From the NCBI RefSeq assembly GCF_009914755.1, contig NC_060940.1: a stretch of DNA of 64,000 nt, one strand, 5' to 3'. The position numbers were made by a program, and so were the translations under genes. The notes beneath the pieces are model-generated. The model worked only from the letters and a program-made list of their open reading frames with translations. It did no database searches and was not told the origin of the DNA. This document shows, in pieces, positions 20,270-41,684 of the stretch. The stretch is from the human T2T-CHM13v2.0 reference genome, Homo sapiens. Each line of letters begins with the position of its first letter. Within the stretch, counting starts at the first letter, position 1.

Positions 20270-22578
20270 TGGGTGTCTCTAACCCTTCGGGCTTCTGAGC
20301 TCCACCAGCGCTTGGCATCTGGGCCGGAGGAGGGGTCTCTGGAGGCCTCTGCTCTTCCCCGTCCCAAACGTCCCACAGAGCCGAATTCAGAAAGCTCGGC
20401 CTGCTATTCCCCAGGGAGCCCGCGCCCGAGGACTTCTCTTGCAATTTCCTCTGGGTAGTGCAGCTTCCTCGGATGGGGGTGGTGTCCAGGAGTCCCGGGG
20501 AGCGACAGTCACGGCTGTCGGCGGCCTCGTTCATCCTGCGGCTGGGGCTGCTGGTGCTCAGGGGGCCGGTCCGCTCCAGGTTCCAGTGGTCAATGGGAAT
20601 TGGCGAGAGGGGCTCCATGTGCCAGCAGCAGTCGTCAATTGGAATTGGGGGGTCACTGTCCAGTGGGGGGCTTCTGTTGGCCTGATGGGAGGCCACCTCC
20701 TGCTCATCGTCACTGTCTCCGACTTCCACCACTTCACCCGCTGGGGTCTGGTTCAGGAAGCTTGGCCCAGGCGGCGAGTGTTTCAGGAACCGCCTGCTGA
20801 AGTGGGCGCGGTCCCCTGAGATGGGATGTGGAGCCAGCGGAGAGGAGTGCGGGTGGCCCCCGGGGTGGGGACGGGAAGGGCTTCTGTGGCCTTGCCTTCT
20901 GCCGTCAGAAGTTCCTGGAGAGACGGGAGTGAGGCATGAGGACGGTGTCTGGGGCGGTGGTGTCTGGGGCCTGATGACAGAAAACTTCTGTGCGACTTCG
21001 TTCCCTTCCCTGTTTCCTACTGAGGCCCTGGGCGTGTGCTGAGTCACCGCCTGCACGGCCAGCCCGCTCCTGAGGCTGCTGATTTGGGTCTGGGAAGAAC
21101 AGTCACGGCTTCTGCTGGCCAGCGGGGTGGCGGGCACCAGCCACGAGGTGTCTGTGGTGCTGGCCTCGCTGGGGCTGCTCTCACGGTCACAGAACAGCCA
21201 GGGAGCCCCTCTCCTGCCCAAAGAGCCCCGATTCTCCGGCAGCGCCCCCTCATCCTCCTGCTGCAGCACAGCTTCGCTTCTTGGTGGGCTCTGGGAAGGT
21301 TCCTGATCTGCATCAACATCAATGATGGAAAACAGCTCACAGGACCTAGGGCTAATTTCTAGAGCTTTCTTTTCTTCCAGAGGATCACTAGAAATGGACT
21401 TCATTTTGGTTTGTTCTAGCTCCAGCTCCTCATCCGAGTCCAGTAAGAGGATGACCTCATCTTCTTCGTTCAGTTTGGATGAAGATTTCTGAGATCTGGA
21501 GCTCGAATGGTCAGGATTTGACTGGGTTAGGTCAATAGACGGAGATTTTTCTGGGAACATCAGGACCCCCTTATTTCTGCACTCCAGCACGGACCGACGC
21601 TCTTTGCCTTTCTGGTGCCCTGGCTCTTTAGACAGCGTGAGGATGCTCCTGTCCCTTTTCTGCTTTGATGGCACAGCTGGAGACAGCAAGGTTGGGGAGC
21701 CCACCTGGGAAGTTCCGCCACGGGACCGGGGTGTTGACAGGGACGACCCACTTGTGTGATGAGACCCGCGGGGACTCCCGCCCTGGGGAGGCCCCAATAG
21801 GAAGCGGCACGGGTGCGGTGGAGATGCCTGCCAGGGAGCCAGGCGATGAGAAACCTCCAGCCCCCTTTCCCTGACAGCGCCACTTTGTTCCTCGGGCTCA
21901 CTTGTTATTTGGGACGGCTCTGAGATCTCTCCCTGAGTTGATGAGAAGAGCTGTTCGTAATCCCCGGCATCATCTGAGTGCGGAAGAGAGCCTTCTTTTC
22001 TCTCTGCCTGGCAGTCCCTGGAAGGGCTGGAGCAGCTGGAATGGCCAAGCGCCTCCTCTGGCGCCTCCTGCTCAGGGGCCTCTGCTCCCCGTGCCCCTGA
22101 GTGCTGGCCCTGGGGTGGCGGGAGAGCGCACTGTCCCATCTTCTCCCAGGTGGTGGCGGCCTCATCTCTTCCTGGCTCCAACGGCTCCATCTCCTCCACC
22201 TTGTCCCACTGTTTCTGCACCTGGACACCTGCTAGGAGTTGCCCAGAAACCGGACTGCCACCCTCCAGCCAGTCAGCGTCCTCGCCGGCACCCGCTGCCC
22301 TTTCTTCCTGGAGAAGCTTTCGCTGAGTAGCTGCAAATTCATAAATTTCTTCCATTTCTGCTTCATTCACGTTTTCTTGATCTTCTTCGTGGTCCTTGGA
22401 TTTCAACAAAGTCTCCGCTTCCTCCTCTTCATCTGCCCACATTGACCTCAAGAGTTCCTGGAAATTCTCGGCCCTGCTTTCGCAATTCTCTGCTTCCTTC
22501 TCCTCCCATGGTTTGCCCTCTGAGTCAGTGGCAATAGGCACCTGTTCGCACAGGTGAACGAGCTCACTCACGCCAAAC
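20270..22578 (-). CDS. SLX4: SLX4 exon 12 (c.2328-4636; 2309-nt disordered region with TBM, three SIMs, TOPBP1 and PLK1 sites)
   Basis: 780-aa ORF; acceptor GTGTTGCAG|, donor CA|GTGAGT. Motifs fall at their known residue numbers: H1020-x-L-x-P (21834-21848), SIM1 VILLL (21441-21455), SIM2 IIDVD (21312-21326), T1260 in WLVPATP (21126-21128), SIM3 VVEVG (20718-20732), S1453-P (20544-20549). Confidence 0.98.
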
Positions 22579-22916
22579 CTGCAACACGAAACATCGACAG
22601 TCATCGCCCCTCTGCGTGGAGATGGGCTCTGGGTGCCCCGGTGGGGTGGCGGACCAGAGCAGAGTCTTCACCAGGAGGAATGACCATGACCCAGGCCCTG
22701 CTTCCCTTTGAAGACGGTGTCCACACTCCTTGCCAGAAACACCCAGGCCACTTAGTTCCAGAAACCGGGGACTGACAACACTTAAAGCAGGGCTTCCTAA
22801 CTATAGCTGCAGACATAAAGGGGTGTGTCGGACTGAATGTAAGGTAACAGGGATTGGCAGAGCTACAAAACTGGGGAGTCTGTGCTGCCTCAGAGGCTCT
22901 TAAGATATGGTGTCAG

Positions 22917-25434
<2,518 letters not shown>

Positions 25435-25720
25435 AAACAATGGATTTTCATTCAACAGAACGAAAACACTGATGTTTCCCAGTTGTGAGGCCATCCCCTC
25501 ACACCCACTCCTAACCTCAAGCGTGGGTCTTTATCTCTTCTCCACGTGTTGCAGAAACGGATGGTTGGGAGGGAGAAGGTGAGAACATGGTGGGGCAGGA
25601 AGTGAGGGAGAGTGGGGGGGTGGAAAGGGCACCTGAGACATGGGAAGACCTGGTTGGAGAAAGGCAGGAGGAGAGAGGGAGAGAGAGGAAAGGAGGGCAC
25701 ACGGCAGCCCACGTACTTAC

Positions 25721-25867
25721 ATACTGGATGAGGAGCGGGCATCGGGCATAAAGCACGAACTTGTGGGCGTAAAGCACCTCCCCGCTGTCCGTCTGAAACT
25801 GGACATCACTCAGGTGTGGGTTATTGACCATGGCGCCAAAGTCAGCAACCAGCAGCCCGAGGGAGAG
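25721..25867 (-). CDS. SLX4: SLX4 exon 10 (c.2014-2160; BTB domain N-part)
   Basis: Acceptor CTCCTGCTTCAG|, donor AT|GTAAGT; 147 nt; MVNNPHLSDVQFQTDSGEVLYAHKFVLYARCP is a BTB/POZ signature. Confidence 0.97.
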
Positions 25868-26872
25868 CTGAAGCAGGAGGAGAGGAAGAGCCGTCACCTC
25901 CCCACCTCTGCTCTGCTAACTGGGCAGTGGGAAGCTCCCCGCATGGAGGTGGCGCTAGGGTGGGCCGGGAGCCAGGACCTGCATTCTCCTTTCCTCTCCA
26001 AAACGCTTCCCACGATGGCCTCAACCTCTGAGTGACCCTAAGGCCCTGAGTAGCACAGAAGAGCAAAGCACTAGCTTGTTCCTCTGGCTCTTGCCAGTGG
26101 GTTCCCTGGCCCCCGTGGAGATGCCAGACATGGGGCTAGATGTGAACTCACAGTGCTGGCAGCTCCCGCACTGAGTGGGACAGGCTGCGGGATACCTGGG
26201 CTTTGAGGAGGTGCACCCATCCCCTGTGACGGACAAGCACCCTGAGTCCAAGCAGCTCGGGGACCTGGCCAAGAGGACAGCCGGGTCCAGTCTGTGATGA
26301 TGTCCCTAGGCTGGCCTTGGCATGAAGTGCTTGGTTGACACTGACATGCAAATGGGAGGAGGTCCACTCTAGGGAAAAGCCAGTTCCCACCCCGGTTCTT
26401 CCCCAGACAGCGCACTGACAGGGAGGCCAGGCCAGGCTGCTCAGCTGTGCTCTGGAGCCCAGGACCCGCACAGAGGGGAGGGAGAGCAAGCCCTTGGTGA
26501 GCTCCCAACTACTGAGGAACGAGCAGAGCGTGCCTGGATGGGGCAACCGCGCTGAGAAACTGTGGTCCCTCTACACTCCTGGGACCCAGGACAGGGCAGG
26601 CTCTGGGGCCTCAACCCCAAGGTGCCCCATGGAGTCACAGACAGAAAAGGCAGAAGTCTCGTGGCAGAGCCCCCAGAGGGGCGCTGAGGTGGCTGTGGGT
26701 CCGTGGCTCTGCTCACGGATGTCAGGATGTGGCAGCCTTCTGGAAAGCAGAGGCCTTGAGAGGCCACTGCACTTGCGTTGGGGGCCAGAGGCCAGCGGTG
26801 AGCCAACCCCACCACACACATGGCAAGTGGGATGGCCGGGACCAGAGAGCGCGGGCCAGAGCCAGTTCTTAC

Positions 26873-26961
26873 CAAGGTGCGGCCGCCCCTGTCCGGGTGC
26901 TTGTCCTGCGATGGCACCACAAACCCAGTCAGAGGAAGGCCGCCGGGCACCACGTCCAACC
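26873..26961 (-). CDS. SLX4: SLX4 exon 9 (c.1925-2013)
   Basis: Acceptor CCTCCACTCAG|, donor TG|GTAAGA; 89 nt; LDVVPGGLPLTGFVVP. Confidence 0.95.
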
Positions 26962-27420
26962 CTGAGTGGAGGATTCACAGGTTAAAGGAACGTCACAGCC
27001 CAGCCACATCCACCACCAAGAAGACAGCGTTGACCACAGGCTGAGCCAGCCCCTGCGGTGCCTCGGAAGGTGCTTGCTATCCGAGGACACCTTCATGCAA
27101 AGCAAACCCGCACACCCTGTCTCACCACCACTCCACCAGGGAGGTAAGAGAAGAGCAAAACAGACAGTTCACCCAGAGGATTCACTCGCTGTGGGCAGAC
27201 AGCTCTGTCTTTGGTTAAAGTGGAAGGAAAATCATGACAGAGTTGTCTACACCACATTGACCTTTGAGAAAAAATGAAAGCGCCCAGAGGCTGCGTGTTC
27301 TCCCACCAGGTCAGAGCTGCCGTCGCGGCGGCACAAGAGCCAGTCCATGGCAGCCTCAGCCGCGGGGAGGGGAGGCCCGGGAGGGCAGGGCTGGCCCTAG
27401 AGTCCCACCCAGCATCTCAC

Positions 27421-27661
27421 CTGCAGTCCCTTCCGAGCCAGCCAGGCCCCCACTGCCGGGCCACGGGCTGGCGCTCAGTCCCTCCCTCGCCAGGTCCACG
27501 AGGTCCTGCAGGGCCTGGTGCTCCCTCTGGCTGGCCGAAGGCGACGGGCCCCTGGAGCCACAGCCTGCAGTGGGGGTGCCGTGGAGAGCGGGTGACCTTC
27601 GCTCGCTCAGCTCTGAGTGCTCAGGTGGCACCAGAGGCGGCACGGGCTCCTGCATAAGGCC
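27421..27661 (-). CDS. SLX4: SLX4 exon 8 (c.1684-1924)
   Basis: Acceptor CTTCTTTCAG|, donor AG|GTGAGA; 241 nt; SQREHQALQDLVDLAREGLS. Confidence 0.96.
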
Positions 27662-27998
27662 CTGAAAGAAGCCAGTAAGGAGAGTGACCACGTGGTCACT
27701 GTCATTGACGCACACACTGCAGAAGCCATCACATGTGGTATGCACGGCTGGACCTAAAACTACAGAGCAGGATGTGGGCTGTGGGGACAGACTGTCCCCG
27801 GGGCTCCAGCCACAGCCTGGAGCAGTCCTGGGATGCTTTTCCCCAGCACTCATGTCAACATGCTCCTCCTCTGTCACGGCCAAGGCCAGGCCTGTGGCAT
27901 CTGTTTGCACAAAGGCTTGTCAGAGGCCAGGGGGGCCCAGGCCTGCCGCCCTCCTGAAGTCCTCCAAGCTGCCTCAGGCAGCTGCGTACTGACTGTAG

Positions 27999-28388
<390 letters not shown>

Positions 28389-28646
28389 GGGACTCTGCAT
28401 TTTCAACAAACTCCAGGAACACACTCTGGTGGACACCAAGGGTCCTCCCTGATCCTACCCAGAGTACCATGTAGTTGCTGGACAGAGAAGAAAGCTGCAG
28501 CCACCAAGTGCCCCTCTGGCCTCCTCCCGCCTCTGCCTTTCCTTCCTGGACTTTCCATCACCTGGCTGTGGGTACCCAGTGTTGCAGTTCTGGGATTGCC
28601 AACCTCCCCCAAAAGCCTATCCATGTGCCTGAGGGGAGGGACTCAC

Positions 28647-28963
28647 CTGGGCAGGCCGCTGGGGCACGAGAGGAGGGACCAGCCTGGCCGTGTAGAAGTC
28701 CTCCATGGCCCAGGCCCCAGTCAGTGCGCTGCCCTCCCACAGAAAGCTCTGCTTGCGTTCAGGTGGAGGAGGACACTGGCCCGCTCTTTCCCACCCTTCC
28801 TTTAAAATCCTGCTGGCAGGAAGTGGTGGCGTGCTAGACAATTCCACTTCCTCAGAGAGGAGCAGGGCCACACGGTCCTCTATCTGTCGGCCTGTGGTTT
28901 CAGAGTCCTGGACTAACAACAATGGGGGGGATACCGGGGGTTTCTTCTTGCGACTTTTATTCT
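28647..28963 (-). CDS. SLX4: SLX4 exon 7 (c.1367-1683; MLR, XPF-binding)
   Basis: Acceptor TTTCTCTCTAG|, donor AG|GTGAGT; 317 nt; LLLVQDSETTGRQIEDRVALLL...FLWEGSAL...FYTARLV. Confidence 0.97.
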
Positions 28964-29064
28964 CTAGAGAGAAACAAAAGCGACACCATCAACGGTGGAG
29001 TCGGTCCACTCACCCGGGACCTGCTGATGGCCTCTCCCAGGGTCACTCTTCTGATCACACAAAC

Positions 29065-29267
29065 CTGCTTCTGGTCTTATCCTCTCAGAAAAGGCACTTT
29101 CCAGCCTGAGCGCTGGTACAGCCGCACCCGGCTCCATCTCCGACCGGGACAGAGCCATGGCCACCAGCAGGTCCTCGGACGGTGCCTCGTCCACCTTCCG
29201 CCTCTTCCGTGGCTCCTTCTTGCTGGTGGGTCCTCTCCGTTTCAGACCTCTACTGTGATCACTGAAG
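29065..29267 (-). CDS. SLX4: SLX4 exon 6 (c.1164-1366; start of MLR, basic NLS-like KKEPRKRRK)
   Basis: Acceptor CTGTTTTCTAG|, donor AG|GTTTGT; 203 nt; EDLLVAMALSRS motif. Confidence 0.96.
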
Positions 29268-30845
29268 CTAGAAAACAGCCAAAGAGAAAAGTTACTGGGG
29301 CTAGAGGAGTGCACGCTTCTCAGGTTGGTCACACTGGTCTGGAGAGGGCTGGGCCTGAGAGAAAAGTGACGGATGTGGACCTGCCAGGCAGATGCGTCCC
29401 CCACTTCCACTGCCTTGTGTGAACTCATTCAATTCCAGGCCAGAAGTTCAACATGGCCCAGGCACAGGAGGGTCTGGGTTCCTTCACGTGCTGCTGTCCA
29501 GCAGGCTCATGGCAGATGTACGGAGCCATCTGTGGTACCTGCACATCCTCATGTGGCCAAGCCCATCCAATGGAGTCAACAATCGATGGCTCTGAGCAGG
29601 CTCCCTGGACTCCCACCACCTTCACCCATCAATACTTCCGATGCTCCTTACACGGTCCTGGCCACACCGGCAGAAAAGGATCCCTTCCCTCCTGCAAGGG
29701 CTCCACGGCAGTGCCTCTGTCCATGGCCAGAAGGAAGGGCTTCCCAGCTTAGGCTGCCGATGGTCAACATTATACCAGCCGCCCCGGGACTCTGCACTTT
29801 CAACGGGCAGCAGCTCGTTTGGTTTGGAGGAAATGAACAGGAGTTTCCGGCTGGAGAGAACCTAGGCTGCCTGGGTGACTCCCAATAAGCTGGGCAAGAA
29901 GGAGGAGGGCAGAGGTGACAAAGGAACTTAGCACAAACCGGGCCCACCTTCCCTGCAATGCAGTCATGCCTCTGGCTTTTGCAAAAGCTCATGCTCTCCA
30001 GGGTGCCAGGGATGGCTCAAGTTCACCTTCCCAGGAACGTGGATAATCACAGCCTCCCAGAGGGAAAGGAGCTGCCTGGGCAGCCTGGGACCCTGCTTCT
30101 GTGAAGGGAACACAGACTGTGTTCCCTCCTCACTCCCCAGCAGGCCAGGTTTGGGCTGTGGGGAAAGAATATGAGGCACTCTGGCCGGGGCATGCGTTCT
30201 GATGACCACAGGCTTGGCCTTTGGGGAGGGAGGGGTTCAAAGACCCCATGAGGGCATCCAGCTCCTGTAGTTTTCTACTCTGACAACCTTCTAAACGGAT
30301 CCACATACATCTAGTTTCAGTACTTGGAGGTATTCTAAAGGCAGACATACTTTATCTGAGCAGGTGCTTTTGGCGTGGTCCTGCCAAGAAAGAAACAATG
30401 GCTTAGATGACGTCTATTCTAAGGCCTCAAGGCTTGCACCCCTGCCATGCTAAATACAGATGCGCTCCTCCACCAAGAGAATCCCCTCTGCCCTCTGCCA
30501 TCTCAGCCCCGAGCCAGCTCAGCTGCCCATGACCTGTGTGCAAAGCAGGGGGCGGGACAAACAGCTATCGCCTTTGGCCTTCCCTTTGCTCCTGACAGCG
30601 GTCTCAAACCTGGAGGAGTCAAAGGTCCAAGATGCCTTTGTTCACTATGAACCTGGTGTCAGCTCTAGCGTCCTCAGCAGCAGGGCAGCGTGGAGCAGGG
30701 CCAGCCCTCTGGCACTTGTGTGGCTGTGGTTTGCATGCTGAGGACTTGTTTCCTGGCTGTGAGCAAGGCAACTCATTTTAACTTTTAAGCATTAATTCAT
30801 GCAAGATTTTTAAAAAATAGGGTCCTACACTTCTGTTGCACCAAC

Positions 30846-32163
<1,318 letters not shown>

Positions 32164-32246
32164 CATAAAAAGCTTTTTTAAATAGAAAAAGCCCTGAGTG
32201 CACACAGCATTATTTGGCTTGGTTTTCTTCCTTTTCGTCGACTTAC

Positions 32247-32459
32247 CTGAACATGGGTGGGCTGCTGCTACCCTCAGGCTGTGCTGTCTGCAGCCGCACA
32301 GCCTGAAGCAGGAGCTGGGGGCCAACCTCCATCTTCACAGCACACTGCTTCAAGTGACTGGTTCTGCTCTTTAAGGTAAGAAACGGTTTCCCACAAATCG
32401 GGCACTCAGGGATCTGAGGCACAGAAGGTCTTAGTGTCTTTTCAGCTTCATCCAAGCAC
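32247..32459 (-). CDS. SLX4: SLX4 exon 5 (c.951-1163; end of UBZ4-1 and UBZ4-2)
   Basis: Acceptor TTTTCCTTCAG|, donor AG|GTAAGT; 213 nt; CLDEAEK...ECPICGKPFLTLKSRTSHLKQC. Confidence 0.97.
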
Positions 32460-32669
32460 CTGAAGGAAAACAGTCAATACAGGAGAACCACCCTCCCCAG
32501 GAATGTGGATTGGAGCAAATGTGGGTCCAGGTCAACACAGACGTGCTGTGGTCAAAGCAAGTTCCCCAAAGCCAATCCCCTCTACACAGCCTGGCTCCGT
32601 CTCCCGGCAGTCAGCCCCTAGACACTACACTTAGGTATCTGTCAGCAAAGTTGGCTAAAGAAAGCAAGG

Positions 32670-33250
32670 AAAGATTAAATGCAGTTACATGATGACTTAG
32701 AAATTCCACTCCTAAGTAGAGACCCCAAAGAACTGAAAGCAGGTACCCAAACAAATACATGAAACCCATGTTCACGGCAGCTCTATCCACAATCCCAAAG
32801 GGTAGAAATGCTCCAAATGTCCGCCAATGGACGAAAGGATAAACCATGGTCATATTCCTCATCTAAGAATGGGAAAAACACAGTCTAGCCATACAATGAG
32901 ATACTGCTCAGCCATAAAAAGGAATGAAGCCTGCTCCATGCTACAACATGGATGAACCTCAAAAACAACATATTAAGTCAAAGAAGGCAGACACAAAAGG
33001 ACAACTGTGCAATTTCAGAATCGGCAAATCCATCCAGACAGAATGTTGATTAGTGGTTGTCAGGGGAGAGAGGGGCAATAGGGAGTGGCTGCCAATGGGT
33101 GTGGGGATTCTTTTGGGGGTGATGAAAATAATCCAGAAGTGATTGTGGTGACAGTTGCCCAACTGTGTGAATATCCCAAAAGTAGTGATTTGTTCAGTTT
33201 AAATGGGTGAACTATATGTTCTGTGAATTGTATCTCAACGAAGTTATTTT
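32670..33250 (+). mobile_element. L1M 3' fragment in SLX4 intron 4
   Basis: AATTCCACTCCTAAG, CAGCCATAAAAAGGAATGAAG, CATGCTACAACATGGATGAACCTC motifs. Confidence 0.8.
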
Positions 33251-33385
33251 TAAAAAGGGGTAGGTTGACAACAAAGCTGAGGTGCTGTTGTCATGGTAAG
33301 GTGTGGAGATCCGCACTCCAGCCCTGGGGTGCTTGGGGATTCTGGTCACATACACGGGAGAGGCGACGGCCCAAGCTGCCCCCAC

Positions 33386-33575
33386 CTGTTCACATGCTGT
33401 TCCCTTCGGGTCACGTTCATGGCTGAGAGGTTCTTTTGACAAATCTGGCAGAAGAACAAACCCTTTTCCTCCAGGCTATCATCATGTGCCGATGCTCCTA
33501 CCCGTGCAAACTCCTGCTGCAGGGTCAAGGCCACCGCAGCGTCGCTCTCTGGGGCAGGGGGCCCAAGCCCATACA
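33386..33575 (-). CDS. SLX4: SLX4 exon 4 (c.761-950; UBZ4-1)
   Basis: Acceptor CTTCTCCACAG|, donor AG|GTGGGG; 190 nt; encodes FFCQICQKNLSAMNVTRREQHVNR (C2HC zinc finger). Confidence 0.97.
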
Positions 33576-34233
33576 CTGTGGAGAAGCACCAAAGATCCGT
33601 GAGAATAAACTCCAAAGACAAGCTCACCCTCAGACCTCTGCTCTGTCAGCTCCTGCAGACCATGGGGAGCAGGTGGAACGCAAAGAAACCAGAACCCAGC
33701 TCCACTCTGCAGGCTGGTGACTTGGACACTGTCCAGTGAGACTGGGCACTAATCAGCACTCCGGGAACAGCCGTCTCCAACTTTAACATGGATATGCATT
33801 ACCTGGGAAGCTTGTCGACACTCAGATTCAAATTCAAGGGGTCCAGGTGCAGCCTGAGACTCTCCGCATTTCTAGCAGCCTCCAGGCTTGGCGATGCTGG
33901 CAGCACAGGACCACTCTGAGTAGCAAGGACCTAAACTTTCCCACTTCTGCTGAAGTTGGCTACCTCGGGCATTGCAAGTTCACAAGGCTCATATTCCAAC
34001 AAAGCTAGATGTTCTCTTCAAAACTCACCCTTTCCTGCTGACCTTTTACTGCCCATGATAAAACCAGGGCAGAGTGAAATGCCTTTGGCGTTTAAAAGGC
34101 AGCATCTCTTACTTAGCATCAGACTCAAGAATGGACTGATTCTGGTCTTGAGATGGCTCCCAGGGTGGCCCATCTGATATTGCTGGAGCAGACCCCTGTC
34201 ACTCACAAGGGATATGCCCTGAACGCCTCATAA

Positions 34234-37542
<3,309 letters not shown>

Positions 37543-37742
37543 TTATCAAGGAAGCTAGGTGGGAAATGATCCCAGAGACTCTTCATTCTCTGGCTGGATC
37601 CAGTGAAGTGGCAAAGGTAAAACATCAAGCAGAGAGCCTATCCACAGAAGAAACTCAACAAATGCTGATTCCTTCCCGCCTCCCTTCCTCAGAGTTGTAT
37701 TAACTTATCTCTGTGTGGAAGACAGAAACACACTCATCATAC

Positions 37743-37967
37743 CATTCCCCGCCATCATCTCCTCTTGAGGATCCTTTGGGACATTTTCTTCCCGCGCAGC
37801 CTCGAGGGAGCACTCTTCTGAAGCGTGTCTCAAACGCTCGGGGTCTGCTCTCTTGAACTGCTGCATTCGCTGTAGGACCAATTGTGCTGTGCGGGGTTTG
37901 GAGGGACTTGGCACTGCTGTTGTCAAACAGGAAGGAGGAGGCTGGGAGTCGCTGTTGGGCACATTCT
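37743..37967 (-). CDS. SLX4: SLX4 exon 3 (c.536-760)
   Basis: Acceptor TTCCTCCTTGCCAG|, donor TG|GTATGA; 225 nt; ENVPNSDSQPPPSC...QRMQQFKRADPERLRH in frame with exon 2. Confidence 0.97.
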
Positions 37968-39251
37968 CTGGCAAGGAGGAAAATATTCACAACCATCTGT
38001 TGTAGCTGGAGAAATAAAAGACTTTTCTACCAGATACAGGTTAGACGCAAGTTTCAAGAGTCCTTTATCAACTAGTTTAGGTTTGACTCACAAATGTGAA
38101 GAGGACTGGTTGCTTGTTGGTAACCTCTTTGTTTATGGCAATATAGACATAAATATCAATAACAGGAGGGGAATGGGATGTGACTGCTAATGAGCATGGG
38201 GTTTATTTTTAGGATGATAAAACTGTTCTAACGTTAGGTAGTGGTGGTGGTTGGACAAGTCTGTGAATATACTAAAAACCACTGAACCATACCCTTTTAA
38301 ATGGTGAATTTTATGGAATATCAATTATACCCCAATAAAGCTATTATTAAAGAAATATTAATGACAAAGGTTTATGTCCTAGATCAGTTCTTCTTTAACT
38401 TGGGATCCACGGATGATCTTCAGTGGGGATCCATGAACCCCATGAAGTTGTGTGCCAGTTTTGCAGATACGCGCATGGATACGTGTTTTGGGGGAACCAT
38501 GCATAGATTTCATCCGACTGGCAAAGAGCACGAGAGACCAGTAAAGTTGGTGAGGCAACACTGCTGATGCCTTCCAGTAGTCTATGCGACCTGAGACTCT
38601 ACCACCACTCTACTGAGAGGTTATTAAGATCAGGAAGTGAGGGCAAAGGAAATTTAGAAACAGAACTCAGGAGCTCAGAGAGCCCATGGTGTATTATATA
38701 TGCAAGGGTAGTTTTCAGTTTTGCATGAAGAATGTGTAGTAAGCATATAGCTCAGTATACCAAGGGCAGCAGGGCAAGAAAACTGCTTTAAACAGTTAAA
38801 AAATTATCCAGGCACGGTGGTGGGTGCCTGTGGTCCCAGCTACTCGGGAGGCTGAGGCAGGGAGGACTGCTTGAACCTGGGAGGTCAAGGCTGCAGTAAG
38901 CTATGATAGCACCACTGCACTCCAGCCTGGGTGAGAGACCAAGATCCTGTCTCTAAAAACTAAGTAAGTAAATAAATCAATAACAATAACAAAGGAAAAG
39001 ATTAAAAGGTCTTCAGAGAGAGAAAGAAAGAACCTGAAGATTCTCCTGGGACTTGAGCCCACACAGAGTCCTCATGCGGCCCTCTCAGCAGCCTATCCAA
39101 ATTGGCTGGCCCAGTCCAACTTACCCACTTTGGAATAAATTCAAGAAAACAAGAGAAGCAGCATTATTGTGTTGTTTGTGTAACTCATGTCAATCATATA
39201 ACAGAATTTCATAGGAAATTCTGAAAGAGCAGAGGACTCCAAACACAATCA

Positions 39252-39677
<426 letters not shown>

Positions 39678-39698
39678 GTTTAAAAGAGTACAAATTAC

Positions 39699-40233
39699 CT
39701 CTGGTTTTCTCTCTGGAAAGGTTTGGCGATGGTTCTTGCTGGTTACCCGTCTGGGTGTTTTGTGCTGTTTCCCGGAGCACAGGTGGATCTGGAGCAGAGG
39801 CAAGCACACCCCCCTCCCCATTCACAGAGTGGGCCGGTTCACTTGCTTGCCATTTGGTTACCCTTTGCTTTTTAGTCCTAGGGGCCTGGCTGCCAGACGG
39901 AGGTTTCTTCTCTGCAGGGCCTTGAAGGGTTTTGGTCTTGGTAGCAGTTTGTTTGGTCCTTTTCAATTTGCTTCTTATCTGAGTGCCGTTTGAGGCAGCC
40001 TTTTGTGTCTTCCTTTCTCCTGACACTTCCTTGATTCCATGTTTTTTCACCCTTTGGAAAAAGCTAGCGCAGAGTTCTTTAAAGTCCTCATCAGACTCAT
40101 CCATCATCTGACCAGTTTTAAGGCTTTCAGGCTGGTCTTCAGAGGAGCGAGGGTCAATCCCAGGACAGGCAGACAGATGAGAAAGTGAACCCAAGTAGAA
40201 GCCTAGCTGAGCCTCATTCACACTCAGTTTCAT
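39699..40233 (-). CDS. SLX4: SLX4 coding part of exon 2 (c.1-535; N-terminus, includes the reported MSH2-binding region)
   Basis: ORF MKLSVNEAQLGFYLGSLSHL...MMDESDEDFKELCASFFQRVKK matches the human SLX4 N-terminus; donor AG|GTAATT with GT at 39698-39697; 535 nt. Confidence 0.97.
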
Positions 40234-40835
<602 letters not shown>

Positions 40836-41684
40836 CTGTGGAAAACCAAAAGCATGTAAGTGTAATCAGACATTGTCATTTTATGCCAGTTCTTCCAGGG
40901 AGGGACAAGGGCATGTGGGGTGAGGGAAAAGTCTTCGGAGTAACAATACTGTCAAATACTCAGTCCAGCCTGGTTAACATGGTCTAACCGTCCTATCAGA
41001 CATCACAACAAAAGGACCTAGAAACCTGTCAAAGCATGTTGTTCTTCCACAGGTATTAAAATATGTGCATCTTGGGAGAGTGTTTTCTTAACTGAAATTT
41101 AGGGAGCAAACCCCATAAAAGGCAGTCACCACAGAAACAGGATGATCCCCAAATCTAGGAAAACTATCTCCTACACTGATCTAAGACCCCTGGCTGTTAA
41201 AGAGGCTCTTTCTGTAAATACTGCAACATAAGAGACAGAAAGAGACATTATATTCTCATGAACACTCAGGAGAGAAAAGGTCACTTTTACTTATCTTCTC
41301 AACCCAGCAAGGCTCTCCAAACCTGGATGACTGGAATGTCGCCTGTGTGCAAAGGCTGGGCCTCGTGAGCATGGTTGTTTACTTTGGCACACAGCTAAGT
41401 GGGGTTCAAAAATCAAAACTGAATGACCCAATGGCAGAAAGTTATTCCTTTCAAATACAATAATGCAATCTCCACTGTCCAAGGAATCTAATTAATCATT
41501 TTGTTTTCCAGAGCTGAAAATACTCCTACCTAGAATCTACTTTGTATGGCTGGCGCATTCTCTTCTGTGTCTTCCCCTTAGAGAAGTGTCCTCTAATCCT
41601 TTATGGACCGTCTCCATCCCCGTTAATCCCTATCATCGCCCACTGTTTTCACAATGGCATCTGTCATAGGTTATCATCATATGA

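Noticed and set aside
20273-22445. Antisense and alternative-frame ORFs overlapping SLX4 exon 12
   Set aside because: Shadow ORFs of a GC-rich coding exon with no independent start or domain evidence
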